A stretch of 64,000 bases of DNA, taken from the NCBI GenBank assembly GCA_036676395.1, contig JAKFCY010000002.1, positions 1,792,001 to 1,856,000 on the forward strand. The letters run 5' to 3'. Each line of letters opens with the position of its first letter. Position 1 is the stretch's first letter. The notes under the pieces were generated by a model, which was given only the letters and a program-made list of their open reading frames with translations, was not told the origin of the DNA and searched no databases. This document shows positions 27,010 to 37,271 of the stretch, piece after piece. The position numbers were made by a program, and so were the translations under genes. Source of the DNA: Bdellovibrio sp. GTDB lineage: Bacteria > Bdellovibrionota > Bdellovibrionia > Bdellovibrionales > Bdellovibrionaceae.

Positions 27010-28935
27010 TTACTCTTCTGTTTTTTCTAAAGAGTCTGAGCCATCAAGCTCGGACTCTTCTGAATTTAAATGAATCAAAATTCTTTCAGCCAATACCCGA
27101 TTAAAAGTTTTCAAAGCCGCAATAGTTTCAACATCTGATTCTTTAATTGCCTCAACAGATGGAAACGCCTTAAGTAAAATCGCTTTTCTTTTTTCACCCA
27201 AACCACTGATCGCATCTAATTCACTTGAAAGACTGCGCTCTTCACGTCGTTTACGATGAAACGTGATCGCAAATCTATGGGCCTCATCACGAATACCCGT
27301 TAGAATATGCAAGGCTTCTGAGTTGGTTTTAAAGGTCACAGGGTTTGACCTGCCCGGAAGAAAAAATCGCTCTTCAGTCGATGAGACTTCTTCAGCCTGA
27401 AAATCCCGTTCAGTTCTGGCTTTGGCTAAACCGACCACCGGAATATCCGTTTTACCGATTTCTTGTAAAATGCGCACCGCTTGCGATAACTGCCCTTTAC
27501 CACCATCGACCACTAGTAAATCGGGGTCTTCATATTCGGTGTGTTTAAATCTGCGCGCTAAAACTTCATACATCGATTTAAAATCATCGATGCCTTCGAC
27601 CGTTTGGATAATGTATCTGCGGTAATGATCTTTACTAGGGCGCCCGTCTTCGAACACCACTTGGCTGGCTACGGTTTCAGTGCCTTGAAAGTGCGAAATA
27701 TCAAAACATTCAATTCTTTGCGGAATTTTAGTTAAGTGAAGTTTTGTTTTAATTTCAGCAAGGCCTTGTTGTTTTTCTTCTTCTTTAGAAACTAATTTTT
27801 CAAAATGGGCTTTCGCATTTTGATCAGCCATTTCTAAAAGTTTTTGCGCTTTCGAATCATGACCGAAACGCACGATCACATCTTTGCCTGAACGTTCTTT
27901 TAAAACATCATGTAATAACTTATTTAAATCCCCGCCAAGGTCTATGACCGTTAAGATTTCATCCGGAATAAAATTATCTTCGTAATACTGATTTAAAAAT
28001 GAGGTAAACCACTCTTGCGGCGATTCATCAGGTGAGGTGATATCTAAGCCCCCTAAGTAATGCGGCCTTGCCCCGATCACACGCCCTGCACGCACATGCA
28101 GTGTTTCAACCACTACACCCCGGGAGTCACCATGAAAACTTATAATATCCTGGTCAGTTTCAGAGGCATCGTTAATAACGGTTTGTTTTTCTAAAATGCT
28201 TTTAACTGACCACATTGAATTTCTTAATTTTGCCGCCACTTCAAATTTTTCTTCATCGGCTGCAGCCATCATCCGAACTTCGATGTCTTTAATAACTTTT
28301 TTACTGCGACCTTTTAAGAAATCTTTCGCACCTTCGACTTCGTCGCGGTAAGCATCACGCTCAATGTATTTCACACACGGCGCGGTACAACGGCCGATTT
28401 GATAGGTCATGCACGGCCGCGTGCGCGAACGAAACATATGATCCGTGCAATCGCGAATTTTAAATACGCGATTTAAAAAGCGAATCGTACCGAATACGGC
28501 TCCGCCTGAAGTAAACGGTCCAAAGTACATGGCCCCGTCTTTATGAACTTTACGGGCTAAGTATAACCTTGGGTAATCATCACCCCACGAAAGTTTAATA
28601 TAAGGATAAGATTTATCATCTTTAAGGCGAATATTATATTTGGGGCGATGTTTTTTAATTAATGAAGCTTCTAATAAAAAGGCTTCGACTTCTGTTTTTG
28701 TTAAGATGTAATCGATCTTATCAATGTTATGAACAAGGGCTTTAGTTTTTGCCGAATGATCGGCTGAATTTAATAAATAACTGCGCACACGATTACGAAG
28801 ATTTTTGGCTTTACCGACATAGATGATCTTGTCGATCGTGCTTTTCATTAAATAAACCCCCGACTGGGTTGGAAATTCTCTGACCAGTTCTTTTAGGGTT
28901 TCTATTTTTAAAAGGCCTTCTTCAAACTTGCTCAT
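27010..28935 (-). CDS. uvrC: Excinuclease ABC subunit C
   Basis: GIY-YIG (GVYLM…YVGKAKNLRNRV), RIECFDISH, DGGKGQL, RDEAHRFA, HhH. Confidence 0.98.
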   Translation of the reverse strand: MSKFEEGLLKIETLKELVREFPTQSGVYLMKSTIDKIIYVGKAKNLRNRVRSYLLNSADHSAKTKALVHNIDKIDYILTKTEVEAFLLEASLIKKHRPKYNIRLKDDKSYPYIKLSWGDDYPRLYLARKVHKDGAMYFGPFTSGGAVFGTIRFLNRVFKIRDCTDHMFRSRTRPCMTYQIGRCTAPCVKYIERDAYRDEVEGAKDFLKGRSKKVIKDIEVRMMAAADEEKFEVAAKLRNSMWSVKSILEKQTVINDASETDQDIISFHGDSRGVVVETLHVRAGRVIGARPHYLGGLDITSPDESPQEWFTSFLNQYYEDNFIPDEILTVIDLGGDLNKLLHDVLKERSGKDVIVRFGHDSKAQKLLEMADQNAKAHFEKLVSKEEEKQQGLAEIKTKLHLTKIPQRIECFDISHFQGTETVASQVVFEDGRPSKDHYRRYIIQTVEGIDDFKSMYEVLARRFKHTEYEDPDLLVVDGGKGQLSQAVRILQEIGKTDIPVVGLAKARTERDFQAEEVSSTEERFFLPGRSNPVTFKTNSEALHILTGIRDEAHRFAITFHRKRREERSLSSELDAISGLGEKRKAILLKAFPSVEAIKESDVETIAALKTFNRVLAERILIHLNSEESELDGSDSLEKTEE

Positions 28936-31010
28936 TACTTCTCGTCACTCGAATCCCCCAGATGGGCATCACGAATTTGTAATTCTAAAATCTGCAGTCG
29001 TTTGATTTCGTCACGCACTTTCGCTGCCTCTTCAAATTCAAGCTCAGCCGAAAGTTTTTTCATTTTTTCTTTTAATTTTTTAATTTCATCCTGAATTTTA
29101 TTTGGCTTAGCAGAAAACTTCTGCATTTTTTCAGCAGTTTTATCTTTTTCGCCTTTAAGTTTGTAAGCACTCACCGATCCGTCGAATAAATCGCCAAGTC
29201 CTTCTTTGATTCTTTTCTTAATCGTGGTTGGCGTAATGCCGTGCTCTTTATTATAAGCATCTTGAATTGCACGACGACGATAAGTTTCAGCAATCGCTTT
29301 TTTCATCGAATCAGTTTCACGGTCTGCATACAAGATCACTTGCCCGTTGGCATTACGAGCCGCACGACCGATAGTTTGGATTAACGAGCGCTCAGAACGT
29401 AAGAAACCTTCTTTATCAGCGTCAGTAATACCAACTAGTGACACTTCAGGAATATCCAAACCTTCACGCAGTAAATTAATACCAACTAAGACGTCGAATA
29501 CGCCTAAGCGTAAATCGCGAATAATCTCGGTACGTTCCAGAGTTTCAATTTCGCTATGCAAATATTTAATTTTAATGCCCAGCGATTCATAGTATTCGGT
29601 TAAATCTTCTGATGAACGTTTTGTTAATGTTGTAATCAACACGCGTTCTTGTTTGGCGATACGAATACGAATTTCTTTTAACAAATCATCAATTTGTGAT
29701 TTCACCGGACGAATTTCAATTGGCGGATCAATCAACCCTGTCGGGCGAATGATTTGTTCAATGATTAATCCTTCAGATTTTTCTAATTCATAAGCTGCAG
29801 GAGTTGCTGATACATAAACAACTTTATCCATTAACTTTTCAAACTCTTGAAAGTTTAACGGACGATTATCTAATGCCGAAGGTAAGCGAAAGCCATGCTC
29901 AACTAAAGTTGACTTACGCGCTCTATCACCGCGATACATTCCACCGATTTGCGGAACAGTAATATGTGATTCATCAATAATGGTGATAAATTCTTTCGGA
30001 AAATATTCAATTAAAGTTGGCGGTGGCTCGCCGGGCCCGCGGCCTGTTAAGTGGCGCGAGTAATTCTCGATGCCTGAACAAAATCCAATTTGCTCCATCA
30101 TTTCAATATCATAATATGTACGCTGCTCTAAGCGCTGCGCTTCTAAAAATTTAATGTTAGCTTTTAACTCATTAAGCCTGTGCCCTAGTTCATCTTGAAT
30201 AGTCACAATCGCTTTTTTTAACGAACCTTCACCTGTTGCATAATGCGATCCTGGGTAAATACCGATTTGATCCATCTCTTCAAAAACTTCACCGGTTAGT
30301 GGATCAATCCAAGAAATTTTTTCGACAAAATCGCCGAAAAATTCAATACGGATCACACGCTCTTCTTCGTACGGAGGAAAAACCTCAACGATATCACCGC
30401 GCACCCGAATCGTCCCGCGCGAAAAATCTATGTTATTGCGTGCATACTGAATACGAATTAATTCACGCAATAAATCATCACGTTTTAATTTTTGCTCAAC
30501 AACGACATGCACCATCATGCCCTCGTAAGCTTCAGGAGAACCAAGACCGTAAATGCACGATACACTCGATACAATAATCACATCACGACGATCAAATAAC
30601 GAGCGCGTGGCGCTGTGGCGCATACGATCGATTTGTTCATTGATCGCCGAATCTTTTTCAATAAAAGTGTCAGACGATGGCACATAAGCCTCAGGCTGGT
30701 AGTAATCGTAATAAGAAACAAAGTACTCAACCGCGTTCTCTGGAAAGAGTTCTTTCATTTCTGAATATAGCTGAGCTGCTAAGGTTTTATTTGGCGCTAA
30801 AATCAAAGCCGGCTGATTCAATTGCGCAATAGCGTGCGCCATCGTAAAGGTCTTACCAGATCCGGTAACCCCTAAAAGAGTCTGGTGTTTAACACCGTTT
30901 TTAAAATTTGATACCAGCGTTTCGATCGCTTTTGGTTGGTCACCTGCCGGTTGAAACGGAGATACCAATTTGAAGTTTTTCTTAAACGCTTTCTTTTTAG
31001 CCTCTGCCAT
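28935..31010 (-). CDS. uvrB: Excinuclease ABC subunit B
   Basis: [38 protein letters not shown]-terminal UVR domain. Confidence 0.98.
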   Translation of the reverse strand: MAEAKKKAFKKNFKLVSPFQPAGDQPKAIETLVSNFKNGVKHQTLLGVTGSGKTFTMAHAIAQLNQPALILAPNKTLAAQLYSEMKELFPENAVEYFVSYYDYYQPEAYVPSSDTFIEKDSAINEQIDRMRHSATRSLFDRRDVIIVSSVSCIYGLGSPEAYEGMMVHVVVEQKLKRDDLLRELIRIQYARNNIDFSRGTIRVRGDIVEVFPPYEEERVIRIEFFGDFVEKISWIDPLTGEVFEEMDQIGIYPGSHYATGEGSLKKAIVTIQDELGHRLNELKANIKFLEAQRLEQRTYYDIEMMEQIGFCSGIENYSRHLTGRGPGEPPPTLIEYFPKEFITIIDESHITVPQIGGMYRGDRARKSTLVEHGFRLPSALDNRPLNFQEFEKLMDKVVYVSATPAAYELEKSEGLIIEQIIRPTGLIDPPIEIRPVKSQIDDLLKEIRIRIAKQERVLITTLTKRSSEDLTEYYESLGIKIKYLHSEIETLERTEIIRDLRLGVFDVLVGINLLREGLDIPEVSLVGITDADKEGFLRSERSLIQTIGRAARNANGQVILYADRETDSMKKAIAETYRRRAIQDAYNKEHGITPTTIKKRIKEGLGDLFDGSVSAYKLKGEKDKTAEKMQKFSAKPNKIQDEIKKLKEKMKKLSAELEFEEAAKVRDEIKRLQILELQIRDAHLGDSSDEK

Positions 31011-31018
31011 AACTAAAT

Positions 31019-31047
31019 ATTTTAGGTCGTTATCAACGAGCTTTCAA
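31019..31047 (-). promoter_or_regulatory. Sigma70-type promoter of uvrB
   Basis: TTGAAA-N17-TAAAAT, 8 nt before the ATG. Confidence 0.55.
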
Positions 31048-31078
31048 CCAACAAACCGTTGACCACGAGCGCTACTCC

Positions 31079-31486
31079 TTATAAATGGCGAACCTCAGCA
31101 GGTTTATTCCACCAATTATTATTTAAACCATCAAAGTAAGTAATAGGTGCAGCGATTAATTCTTCTGGCTGAACATCTTCAAGACACGACAGAGCAATAG
31201 AAATGTAGGCCCCACCCAACTCTTCAAGGTGGCCTTTGCCGAATGGACGACAGCCACAGGTTTTACAAAATAGATGGTGGCCGCTGAATGTGCCAAACTG
31301 ATAGCCCGACAGGTTATCCTGCCCAGAGATAAGCTCAAAGGCCTCGGGTTTAATAATGACACTCCAATTACGAACTTTACGGCAATAAGTACAATTACAA
31401 CGGCCAGTGCCCTTGCTTAGATCAATATTCGCTTTAATTTTAACCGCTCCGCAATGACAACTTCCGTGATAAGTTTTTTCAGCCAT
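31079..31486 (-). CDS. GFA/CENP-V family zinc protein
   Basis: [14 protein letters not shown] and FCKTCG motifs. Confidence 0.92.
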   Translation of the reverse strand: MAEKTYHGSCHCGAVKIKANIDLSKGTGRCNCTYCRKVRNWSVIIKPEAFELISGQDNLSGYQFGTFSGHHLFCKTCGCRPFGKGHLEELGGAYISIALSCLEDVQPEELIAAPITYFDGLNNNWWNKPAEVRHL

Positions 31487-31536
31487 AGTAAATTCCCTTC
31501 AAAAAATTAAACTCTTTATACTTTTCATTATCGGCG

Positions 31537-31563
31537 CAAATATGTCATAATGTGGCATATTTG
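31537..31563. promoter_or_regulatory. Inverted-repeat operator between the divergent GFA and WYL genes
   Basis: CAAATATGTCA-TAATG-TGGCATATTTG (11-bp arms, 1 mismatch). Confidence 0.65.
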
Positions 31564-31579
31564 TTTTTAAAGTGAGTTT

Positions 31580-32314
31580 ATGACAAAAAGCAGCTATCAG
31601 GAAAAAAAACTGCGGATGGATCGACTTTTGGGAATACTTAAGTCTGAAGACCACTCGACCGCCGCAGGGATTGCAAAAATATTGCGCGTCAGTCATCGCA
31701 CGCTGATGCGTGATATTGAAGAACTTCGAATTTCTGGAATACCTATTGAAGCTGACCGCGGGCGCGGTGGCGGCATTCGTCTGAATACGCAATGGGGCCT
31801 TGGACGCCTGCAACTGAATTATAAAGAATCATTGGATTTGATTCTTTCACTCGCCGTCATGGAGAAACTTAAATCGCCAATGCTTCTCACTCATGTCAGA
31901 TCGTTACGGGATAAAGTTTTTCAATCTTTTCCCGATGAACATCGTACAAAACTACAATTAATTCGCAAGAGAGTACTTATCACCGAAGTCGCTGAAACAG
32001 AAGCACTGGGAATGCCCGCAGAAATACCTACAAATGTGCGAAATGCACTTCAAGAAGCCTTCTTTGAAATGAAAGTTATTAAAATATTCTATCAGGATGG
32101 CAAAAAACAAATTACAGAAAGAAATATCGAACCGCACTATCTGCTTTTGAGTTGGCCTTTTTGGTACACTATCGCTTGGGATCACCTTCGTAATGATTTG
32201 CGCTCGTTTCGCCTTGATCGCATTTCAAAAGCACAAACTCAAAACCTAAGCTTTAACTTACACCATCAAGACCTATTCGCAAAAACGGTACAATCATTTT
32301 CAGAAAGTGTTTAA
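31580..32314 (+). CDS. YafY-like HTH-WYL transcriptional regulator
   Basis: HTH_11 (VSHRTLMRDIEELRISGIPIEADRGRGGG) plus WYL (ERNIEPHYL…WYTIAWDHLRNDLRSFRLDRI). Confidence 0.92.
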   Translation: MTKSSYQEKKLRMDRLLGILKSEDHSTAAGIAKILRVSHRTLMRDIEELRISGIPIEADRGRGGGIRLNTQWGLGRLQLNYKESLDLILSLAVMEKLKSPMLLTHVRSLRDKVFQSFPDEHRTKLQLIRKRVLITEVAETEALGMPAEIPTNVRNALQEAFFEMKVIKIFYQDGKKQITERNIEPHYLLLSWPFWYTIAWDHLRNDLRSFRLDRISKAQTQNLSFNLHHQDLFAKTVQSFSESV

Positions 32315-32321
32315 ATCAGGG

Positions 32322-33779
32322 CTATTTATTTACTTCCCAGAAGCTACCTTCTGGCGTATCGCTGACTAAAATATTCATTTCAGTCAATTTAGCGCGGATC
32401 TCGTCTGATTTTGCATAGTCTTTTGTTTGTCGGGCCAGCGAGCGCGCAAGTACTAATGCTTCGACAGCATGCTCATCAATTCCAGCTTTAGCTAAAAGTT
32501 TTTGGTCTAAAGAGCGTAAGAATTTTTCTGCAGGCATTTGAAATAGCGCAAGAAGCTTTCCAAATTGCATAATAAATTGTTTGAATTGTTTTGCCTTACC
32601 AGAAAGTATCGCATTAGTTTTTGCGCCACGCTTAAATTGACCGTTAAATTTACGAATCTGATCAAACATGACCGCAAAAGCCTGTGGGGTTGAGAAATCA
32701 TCATTGATGTGTTCCATGATTTTCTCCCAAGCTGCATCAAGCTCAACTTGGTATTTTGAATCCTCGTGAACCTCGTCAGTGATAAAACTATCTGCCAAGG
32801 CAAGAGATGAATACACACGCGCTAAACCAGAAACTGCTAAATCAATAGTGGTATCACCAAATTCACCCACACTGCGGTAATGAAGTGATAACATCATCCA
32901 TTTATAAATTTCTGGGTGATGCTCTTCTAAGAAAGTGCGCATATTGATGATGTTACCTAATGATTTAGACATTTTAGAGCCGCTGAAATTTAATAAATTC
33001 CAGTGCATCCAATAATTCACGTAATGTTTTCCGGTGCAGCCTTCAGATTGCGCGATTTCATTTTCATGATGCGGAAACACTAAATCTAAGCCACCGCCAT
33101 GAATATCAATTTGATCGCCGTATAAGCCATGTACCATCGCCGAACACTCGATATGCCAGCCTGGACGCCCATCACCCCAAGGTGATGCCCAGCTAGAGCC
33201 TTGTAGATTTTCATTCGGTTTTTTAGATTTCCATAGTGCGAAATCTAAGGGATGATTTTTTTTGTCGTTAGCTTCAATACGAACGCCGACTTGCATATCG
33301 TCTAATTTACGACCTGAAAGTTGCCCGTAATTAGCAAATTTATCGACAGCAAAGTTCACATCACCGTTTATGGCATAGGCTTTGTCATTTTCAATAAGTT
33401 TACCGATAAATTCGATGATCTGAGGCATGTATTCAGAAACTTTTGGATTATGTTCGTGTGGACGAAGTCCCAGATCAGAAAAATCTTTTTTATATTCTTT
33501 AATGAAGTGTTCAGAAATTTCTTTAGCAGATTTCCCTTCTTCAACCGCGCGAGTGATAATTTTATCATCCACATCGGTAAAGTTTAGCGCGTAGTCCACT
33601 TTATATCCTAAGTACTCTAACCAGTTTCTAACAAAGTTAAAAAACACAGGTCCACGAAAATTTCCCACATGTAAGTATGAATAAACAGTCGGTCCGCAAA
33701 CATAGATTTTTACTTGCCCTGGATTTATGGGTTTAAATTCTTCAGTGTTTTTTGTCAGAGTATTATAAATTTTCAACAT
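32322..33779 (-). CDS. cysS: Cysteine--tRNA ligase
   Basis: [44 protein letters not shown]. Confidence 0.98.
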   Translation of the reverse strand: MLKIYNTLTKNTEEFKPINPGQVKIYVCGPTVYSYLHVGNFRGPVFFNFVRNWLEYLGYKVDYALNFTDVDDKIITRAVEEGKSAKEISEHFIKEYKKDFSDLGLRPHEHNPKVSEYMPQIIEFIGKLIENDKAYAINGDVNFAVDKFANYGQLSGRKLDDMQVGVRIEANDKKNHPLDFALWKSKKPNENLQGSSWASPWGDGRPGWHIECSAMVHGLYGDQIDIHGGGLDLVFPHHENEIAQSEGCTGKHYVNYWMHWNLLNFSGSKMSKSLGNIINMRTFLEEHHPEIYKWMMLSLHYRSVGEFGDTTIDLAVSGLARVYSSLALADSFITDEVHEDSKYQVELDAAWEKIMEHINDDFSTPQAFAVMFDQIRKFNGQFKRGAKTNAILSGKAKQFKQFIMQFGKLLALFQMPAEKFLRSLDQKLLAKAGIDEHAVEALVLARSLARQTKDYAKSDEIRAKLTEMNILVSDTPEGSFWEVNK

Positions 33780-33781
33780 AA

Positions 33782-35296
33782 CTATCCTAGCTTTGTTAGA
33801 ACCTTATTTACACGAGCTAATAAACTTTGTTTGCTCATCAATGGCACCAATAGTTTCACTTCTGTTCCATGTGGCTTACCAATAACGGCCACACGAATCG
33901 GCATAAATAGATTTTTTCCTTTAACATTCGCACCCGTTTTAACTGCGTTTTCCATCGCCACGAAATCCGTCTCAGAAAAAGTATCTGCTGCGTGATTTTC
34001 GATTTGCGTTTTCCAAACAGTCAATACGTTCTTAGTCGGCTCCCAACCAAGAGCTTCATTACTTTCATCACTGATTTCAAATTTAGAATCATCTAACGAT
34101 TGATATAACGCTACCGCGTCGGCCAAAATTTCTAATTTTGGTTTAAATGTTTCAACTGACTTCATTTGCCATTCAACTGATGTGGCCTCTTTTGGTAATT
34201 GAATTCCTGCAGCGACCAAAAATGGATTTACTTGCTTCCAAATAGTTTGGTTATCTTGGGCACGTAAGTATTGTGAATTCATCCATTTTAATTTTACACG
34301 GTCAAACACCGCACCCGATGCATTTACGCGATCAAGAGTAAAAAGCTTGATCATTTCATCCATCGAAAAAATTTCTTTACCTTCAGGATGCGACCAACCA
34401 AGCAAAGCCATAAAATTATTTAAAGCCTCTGGCAGATACCCATCTTTCATAAACTGGTCGCACGCTACAGCACCCTTACGTTTAGAAAGTTTTTGACGAT
34501 CATCATCTAACACTAAAGAAATATGACCAAACTGTGGCGTCGGCCAGCTCATTGCTTCATAGATCATTAACTGACGAAGTGTATTTGGTAAATGCTCCTC
34601 AGCACGTAACACGTGTGAGATCTTCATTTGATAGTCATCAACCACACAACAAAAGTTATAAACAGGCATGCCATCAGAACGAAGTAAGACAAAATCGCCG
34701 ACCATATCAGATGGAAAGCGAACTTCGCCGCGAATAAGATCTGGCAATAAATAATCTTTACGTAAATGTTTAGTTCTAAAACGCACAACGGCAGTTTTAC
34801 CAGTCGCTAGTTCTGCCTTAGCTTGATCTAGAGTCCAAGCTTCGTAAGGTGATTCAACGTGAGCGTTCTGATTAATCGCTTTTACGCGCGCACGCTCTGC
34901 ATCTAGCTCTTCATCAGTCATAAAGCAGTAATATGCCTTACCTGAAGTGATTAACTCGTCTGCGACCTTCTTATAGATGTCTAAGCGCTGTGATTGGCGA
35001 TACGGAGCGCAAACTCCCATATCTTTTAATGTTACAGGATCAACGCCTTCATCCCAGTTAAGACCAAGCCACACCATGTCTTGCACCATCATTTTTAAAG
35101 ACTCTTCAGTAGAGCGGGCCTGATCAGTGTCCTCGATACGTAAAATGAATTTACCGTTATTGTGTTTTGCAAATAGTAGATTAAATAAAGCAGATCTCGC
35201 ACCACCCACGTGAAGATATCCAGTTGGGCTTGGGGCAAAGCGCGTACGAACTTCAGTAAAACCAGGATTCAAAGTAACTGTTGCGGGGGTTGGCAT
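33782..35296 (-). CDS. gltX: Glutamate--tRNA ligase
   Basis: RTRFAPSPTGYLHVGG, LRIEDTD, KLSKR. Confidence 0.97.
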   Translation of the reverse strand: MPTPATVTLNPGFTEVRTRFAPSPTGYLHVGGARSALFNLLFAKHNNGKFILRIEDTDQARSTEESLKMMVQDMVWLGLNWDEGVDPVTLKDMGVCAPYRQSQRLDIYKKVADELITSGKAYYCFMTDEELDAERARVKAINQNAHVESPYEAWTLDQAKAELATGKTAVVRFRTKHLRKDYLLPDLIRGEVRFPSDMVGDFVLLRSDGMPVYNFCCVVDDYQMKISHVLRAEEHLPNTLRQLMIYEAMSWPTPQFGHISLVLDDDRQKLSKRKGAVACDQFMKDGYLPEALNNFMALLGWSHPEGKEIFSMDEMIKLFTLDRVNASGAVFDRVKLKWMNSQYLRAQDNQTIWKQVNPFLVAAGIQLPKEATSVEWQMKSVETFKPKLEILADAVALYQSLDDSKFEISDESNEALGWEPTKNVLTVWKTQIENHAADTFSETDFVAMENAVKTGANVKGKNLFMPIRVAVIGKPHGTEVKLLVPLMSKQSLLARVNKVLTKLG

Positions 35297-35308
35297 GTAG
35301 TAGTCTCC

Positions 35309-35340
35309 AAAATGAAAAAGCCTAGATTTCTCTAGGCTTT
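35309..35340 (-). terminator. Intrinsic terminator after carD
   Basis: AAAGCCTAGA-GAAA-TCTAGGCTTT followed by a U-rich tract on the minus strand. Confidence 0.65.
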
Positions 35341-35377
35341 CAATTCTGTCTTACTTTTTAAAACGAGTAAACTAATA

Positions 35378-35872
35378 CTACTTCGAGTCCAAAATAGTTC
35401 TTACTTCTTGGTCTTGGTTCATCACGTCTTTCACGTCAGCAGCTAAATTAAGCTCTTTTAGTAAGTAGCTCTTAGCTTTTTCTAACATTTTCTTTTCGCC
35501 AAAGCTTAATTCTTTGTCGACTTTTAAAAGATATAAATCACGCAATACGGCAGCGATCTCGAAAACTGATCCGGTATTGATTTTATCTGTGTATTCACGG
35601 TAACGACGATTCCAAGTTTGGGTATCGATTTTAACGTTTTTATCTTTTAAGATGCCTACCACTTTAATAGCTTCGTCTTTAGAGATAAGGGCTCTAAGAC
35701 CTACAGATTTGATATTAGCCGCAGGAATCATAACTTTCATACCGGTCTCTAAGATAATGACCGAGAAGAACTCGTGTTTTGACCCTAAGATCTCTTTAAT
35801 TTCGATCTTGTCGATGCGTCCAACGCCGTAACCTGGGTATACAGCATGATCTCCAACTTTAAACTGTGTCAT
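35378..35872 (-). CDS. carD: CarD/CdnL family transcription factor
   Basis: FKVGDHAVYPGYGVG, TWNRRYREY, LSFGEKKML; start placed at MTQFKVG. Confidence 0.93.
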   Translation of the reverse strand: MTQFKVGDHAVYPGYGVGRIDKIEIKEILGSKHEFFSVIILETGMKVMIPAANIKSVGLRALISKDEAIKVVGILKDKNVKIDTQTWNRRYREYTDKINTGSVFEIAAVLRDLYLLKVDKELSFGEKKMLEKAKSYLLKELNLAADVKDVMNQDQEVRTILDSK

Positions 35873-36105
35873 CGAACCACCTTCATCACCATAAGTTAAA
35901 AAAATCCCACTCATGACGTCTGGTTGTTGTAACACTGATGACGTGCTCCAGCAATTTTATTAAGCATTTTTGATTAAGTTTTTTTTAACTTGTAATTTCT
36001 ACCTGTGATTAATGACCATCACTTTGACACTGTGGCAATTAGCGGCTTGAGCACCCCTATAAACAACGCTAGCCTTTGAAGCAAACCTCCTTGAAAGGAC
36101 ACACT

Positions 36106-36801
36106 ATGAACTTCAAAAAATTAAGTGCAGAAATGATCGGAACAGCTTGGCTAGTGCTAGGTGGATGCGGCTCTGCCGTTATTGCCGCAGGATTTCCTAA
36201 CGTAGGAATTGGCCTACTGGGAGTTTCGTTTGCTTTTGGTCTGACTGTTTTAACGATGGCTTATTCTATTGGCGCTGTTTCTGGTTGCCACTTAAACCCC
36301 GCGGTCACAATTGGCCTTGCTGCAGCAGGCAAACATCCTAAATCTGAAGTTCTACCCTACATTGTTGCTCAACTCATTGGCGGTGTGATCGGCGCAGGCC
36401 TTTTATGTGTGATTGCATCAGGTAAACCTGGCTTTGACTTAGTGGCTTCGGGCTTTGCCGCAAATGGTTACGGCGAACATTCTCCGGGTGGATATTCGAT
36501 GCTGTCAGGCTTTGTAACTGAATTAGTTGCGACGGCGTTTTTTCTTTTTATTATTTTAAGTGCGACAGACAAAAAAGCTCCGGCTGGCTTTGCTCCGATT
36601 GCGATCGGTCTTGGTCTAACATTAATTCACTTAATCACGATTCCTGTAACAAACACTTCAGTGAATCCGGCGCGAAGCCTTGGGCCTGCGTTATTCGTTG
36701 GTGGTTGGGCATTACAACAAGTGTGGTTATTTTTTGTGGCGCCCATTTTAGGTGCTGTACTTGGCGCAATTGTATATTCTGTGACTGTGAAAGATAAATA
36801 A
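36106..36801 (+). CDS. aqpZ: Aquaporin Z
   Basis: Two NPA motifs ([14 protein letters not shown]), [22 protein letters not shown]. Confidence 0.96.
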   Translation: MNFKKLSAEMIGTAWLVLGGCGSAVIAAGFPNVGIGLLGVSFAFGLTVLTMAYSIGAVSGCHLNPAVTIGLAAAGKHPKSEVLPYIVAQLIGGVIGAGLLCVIASGKPGFDLVASGFAANGYGEHSPGGYSMLSGFVTELVATAFFLFIILSATDKKAPAGFAPIAIGLGLTLIHLITIPVTNTSVNPARSLGPALFVGGWALQQVWLFFVAPILGAVLGAIVYSVTVKDK

Positions 36802-36806
36802 GTACA

Positions 36807-36844
36807 AACAATTTCGCCCGCAATACTTTGTGGGCGAAATTGTT
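36807..36844. terminator. Bidirectional terminator-like hairpin between convergent genes
   Basis: AACAATTTCGCCCGCAA-TACT-TTGTGGGCGAAATTGTT. Confidence 0.7.
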
Positions 36845-36848
36845 ATTA

Positions 36849-37115
36849 TTAAAGATATTTATGATACGTGATAACCGCAAAATACGATCGAACACCCTCG
36901 TACTTAGCCTCTGTGCAAGTGCCTTTGACCATAATGGCTTTATTTCTGGTTTTCAACAATGCATTAGCTTTTGCAAGACTCTCTTCACAATTAGCCATTG
37001 AATATTCCAAGACACTAATTGTAGTTAAATCTGTATTTGCCGAGTCCCCATACAGAGTTCTCGCAAAAGTAGTCATAGGCGCAAACGCCAGCATTCCAAT
37101 AATAAGTAATTTCAT
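36849..37115 (-). CDS. Small secreted protein
   Basis: AGGAG RBS, signal peptide (…MTTFA), two Cys. Confidence 0.7.
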   Translation of the reverse strand: MKLLIIGMLAFAPMTTFARTLYGDSANTDLTTISVLEYSMANCEESLAKANALLKTRNKAIMVKGTCTEAKYEGVRSYFAVITYHKYL

Positions 37116-37159
37116 AGTAATCTCCTAAGTGATTTAAAACATACCACTGGCGCCATGTC

Positions 37160-37174
37160 GCAATAAGAATGCCT
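37160..37174 (-). promoter_or_regulatory. Possible sigma54 promoter
   Basis: AGGCATTCTTATTGC: GG-N10-GC with GGCA…TTGC. Confidence 0.35.
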
Positions 37175-37271
37175 CACTTAAACGGACTTAGATTTTATTA
37201 GGAGCAAAAACACTGTCAAATAACACAACAAAGTGCCGCAAACGATCGACGAACTTTTCGACGGTTTTTAT

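Noticed and set aside
31528..31535. GCCGATAA upstream of GFA as a sigma28 promoter
   Set aside because: No matching -35; the position is occupied by the WYL-type palindrome.
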